From: Sedimentisphaerales bacterium | GTDB lineage: Bacteria; Planctomycetota; Phycisphaerae; Sedimentisphaerales; SM23-30 | Reading direction: 5' to 3' | Assembly (NCBI GenBank): GCA_963663965.2 | Contig: CAXXFK010000015.1 | Location: 64,001 to 128,000, forward strand | Length of the DNA stretch: 64,000 nt | Shown: positions 61,631 through 64,000 of the stretch, in pieces | Position numbering within the stretch: the stretch's first letter is position 1 | How the letters are laid out: each line of letters opens with the position of its first letter | Notes under the pieces: model-generated | The model's database searches: none | What the model saw: the letters and a program-made list of their open reading frames with translations, nothing else | What the model was told of the DNA's origin: nothing | Translations under genes and position numbers: made by a program

Positions 61631-62053
61631 TTAGGTCTCCCGACCTGAATTACAGGCACATGGCTTAAACGTCGGGATAGCAGCCGGTTTCCCGTGGTCA
61701 TCAATTCGAACCATCACCACGCTGCCATCATAACACAAACGCCGGCTCTCACAACCGGAATCGCATACCGTCACCTGTACCCGGACTTCACAACTGGTGT
61801 TGCCCACCCGCTCGACATGAGCGACGGTTTCCAGAATATGGCCTAAACGCGCCGGAGCATGAAATTCCACATTTTTAATTGCCCGCGTGACAAAATTGCT
61901 ATCCGGCCACGTCCGCACACAGGCGACATACGCCATTTCATCAATAATCGCGAGCAGATGGCCTCCAAATAAATTGCCATATTTATTCAGATGCTCATGA
62001 CGAACAACACAATAATGTTCAAAATGTTTATAAGGTGTATGCGGCTCTGTCAT
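61631..62053 (-). CDS. Hotdog-fold acyl-CoA thioesterase
   Basis: HLN.YGNLFGG.LL..IDE, VGNTS. Confidence 0.85.
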   Translation of the reverse strand: MTEPHTPYKHFEHYCVVRHEHLNKYGNLFGGHLLAIIDEMAYVACVRTWPDSNFVTRAIKNVEFHAPARLGHILETVAHVERVGNTSCEVRVQVTVCDSGCESRRLCYDGSVVMVRIDDHGKPAAIPTFKPCACNSGRET

Positions 62054-62799
62054 TCTTCCTCAAGTTTCTGCATGATCTCATCGGGAATATCGAAATTGGC
62101 ATAAGCATTCTGGACATCGTCATGATCTTCCAGGTCTTCCATCAGCCCCATTATCTTACGCGCCCCATTCTCATCCATCTGAACGGTATTGGAGGGGATC
62201 TGCATAATCTCAGACGCCTTGATCGCAATGCCGTTCGATTCCAGCGCCGCCTTCACCTCGGCAAAGACATCCACCGTCGTCGTGATCTGATAATCGCCGC
62301 TTTCCACCTGAAAATCTTCCGCCCCGGCTTCCAGCGCCAGCTCCATAACCTTCTCTTCATCGGCGCCGCCATCCACGGCAATAATCCCCTTTTTGCTGAA
62401 CAGCCACGCCACACATCCGGTGGCGCCCAACGCGCCCCCTTTCATGTTGAATATCTTGCGCAGCTCCGATGCGGTCCGGTTGCGATTGTCTGTCAGCACC
62501 TCGCACATCACCGCCACACCATCGTTGCCATACCCTTCATACAGCACTTCCTCATAATTAGCGCCGTCCAGTTCGCCCGAGCCTTTCTTGATCGCCTTCT
62601 CAATCGTATCCTTCGGCATGTTGGCGTCTTTGGCCTTGTCGATCGCATAACGTAAGGCCAGATTGGACTCGGGGCTGCCGCCCCCGCTCCGGGCCGCCAC
62701 AATAATTAAACGAGCGATTTTGCTCCACAGCTTGCCTCGCTTCGCGTCCAGCGCCGCCTTCTTGTGCTTGATGCCGGCCCAATGGGAATGTCCTGACAT
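62050..62799 (-). CDS. yebC: YebC/PmpR family protein
   Basis: MSGHSHWAGIKHKK, YEGYG, TDNRNRT, DDVQN.Y.N. Confidence 0.95.
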   Translation of the reverse strand: MSGHSHWAGIKHKKAALDAKRGKLWSKIARLIIVAARSGGGSPESNLALRYAIDKAKDANMPKDTIEKAIKKGSGELDGANYEEVLYEGYGNDGVAVMCEVLTDNRNRTASELRKIFNMKGGALGATGCVAWLFSKKGIIAVDGGADEEKVMELALEAGAEDFQVESGDYQITTTVDVFAEVKAALESNGIAIKASEIMQIPSNTVQMDENGARKIMGLMEDLEDHDDVQNAYANFDIPDEIMQKLEEE

Positions 62800-62905
62800 A
62801 TAAAAAAACTCCAAATAAAATCTGATTTAACTTAAAAAACTATTGTTCACAATTAAACCCGGTATTTTATCCTGTATTCTTAAATTTGCCACTATAAATT
62901 CCTGC

Positions 62906-64000
62906 TTATCGTTCATCTTCATGATGAAATAGCAACGCTGGTATGGGATCATCATGACGGTTAAGCGCTTCTATCTTACCATTTATCAACGCTTTACGGT
63001 TTTTTTCTCTGTGATCCAGGCTGGTCCGTCGGGCCAGATTTTCCAAAGCCAGTTGCCAGTAATGCAAGGCCCGGTCACGCTCACCCAGGCGCCAGACCAC
63101 ATCTCCCAGATGATCCAGTACCTCAAGATCCATACTCCCCACATAGGCGGCCCCCTGACAGATCAGGTCGTAGGCCTGTTTAAAATCACCCATTTTGTAA
63201 TAATACCACCCCAGGCTGTCAAGGGTCGCACCTGAATCCGGATCTTTCTCCAGTGACAGACGAATCAATGCGACTGCCCGTTCCGGTTCACGGTGGCTTT
63301 CAATCAGGCTATAACCCAGATTATTGGTCACCAAAGGATCATTCGGGCGCAACGTTAACAGATTTTCCAATACCGCCAGACTCTGATCCACCTGGCCGGC
63401 CTTGTCATAAATCACACTCAGGGTAATATTACGGGCGTAATCGTCCGGATGCTCCGCCACCAGTTTTTTCTGCCGATCGATGGCCTCCTGGTATTCTCCG
63501 GCCATGACCAGAATCGAAATCCGGTTTCGCTCGATCAATTCAGCGTTCACCCCACGCAATTCGTCCAGTCGCGAAAAGGCTTTCTGCCAGCTTCCCAGTG
63601 CAATATCCAGTTGGATTCGAGCCTCCAACCAGTACGGCAAGACCTCCTGATCGCCGGCCAGTTCATTCAGCGTCAATCCGGCGTCATCAGTACGTTTGGC
63701 CAGTGTATAAAAATTCGCCAGTCGGATTTTTAAATCAGAGTTGGATTCATCCTGTTTCAATAACTCAAGGATTAAATCGATGGCTGCTTGATAATCGCCT
63801 GCCGCTCGGTATACATAGAGCAGTATACTGCGTCGCATGACCTGCCCGGGTGCCTCTTCCAGCCATTTTCGGGCCTCATCAACAGCGCGTTGTTTATGAC
63901 CGGCATCGATTAATACCTGATAATAGACCGTGTGCGGCGTCAATTCCTCTGGAAAGGCATCCATACACAAACCGGCTAACTCCAGGGCAAGGTCATATTC
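62906..64000 (-). CDS. TPR-repeat protein; 5' end probably outside the window
   Basis: NNLGYSL, LDSLGW.YYK.G, EVLDHLGDV..RLG TPR motifs. Confidence 0.8.
   Translation of the reverse strand, partial: EYDLALELAGLCMDAFPEELTPHTVYYQVLIDAGHKQRAVDEARKWLEEAPGQVMRRSILLYVYRAAGDYQAAIDLILELLKQDESNSDLKIRLANFYTLAKRTDDAGLTLNELAGDQEVLPYWLEARIQLDIALGSWQKAFSRLDELRGVNAELIERNRISILVMAGEYQEAIDRQKKLVAEHPDDYARNITLSVIYDKAGQVDQSLAVLENLLTLRPNDPLVTNNLGYSLIESHREPERAVALIRLSLEKDPDSGATLDSLGWYYYKMGDFKQAYDLICQGAAYVGSMDLEVLDHLGDVVWRLGERDRALHYWQLALENLARRTSLDHREKNRKALINGKIEALNRHDDPIPALLFHHEDER

Noticed and set aside
62035..62655. 206-aa plus-strand ORF opposite yebC
   Set aside because: Antisense shadow of a conserved gene

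Overview
Bacterial chromosomal window, probably from a planctomycete of the Phycisphaerae/Sedimentisphaerales type. That assignment is inferred from the dockerin, VIT-vWA, S55 and ECF content and the repeat style, not from a marker search. Housekeeping genes: rpsB-tsf-pyrH-frr, leuS, mutL, addAB, umuDC, yebC, pdaD-speB and sugar kinases/dehydratase. Accessory loci: an Fe-S/NifX-like DUF134 operon and two orphan sensor kinases flanking a porin. The most notable locus (about 2.9-10.7 kb) is an ABC transporter, then an ECF sigma factor, a single-pass anti-sigma-like protein with an extracytoplasmic dockerin, a small secreted cohesin-like protein and a VIT-vWA lipoprotein, the last three translationally coupled. 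This suggests a cohesin-dockerin pair reused for transmembrane signalling. Two long intergenic regions (10.7-11.6 kb and 37.3-38.6 kb) share a fixed-spacing composite repeat, TAAN-N17-GTTA + N17/18 + TTGGSTTCGTTT, whose orientation matches strong local G/C strand skew. Two genes (addB and a tandem-fused COG1149 ATPase) carry +1 frameshifts in short homopolymers. No rRNA, tRNA, CRISPR array, transposase or integrase was recognised. All product calls come from motif recognition by eye, without database searches.
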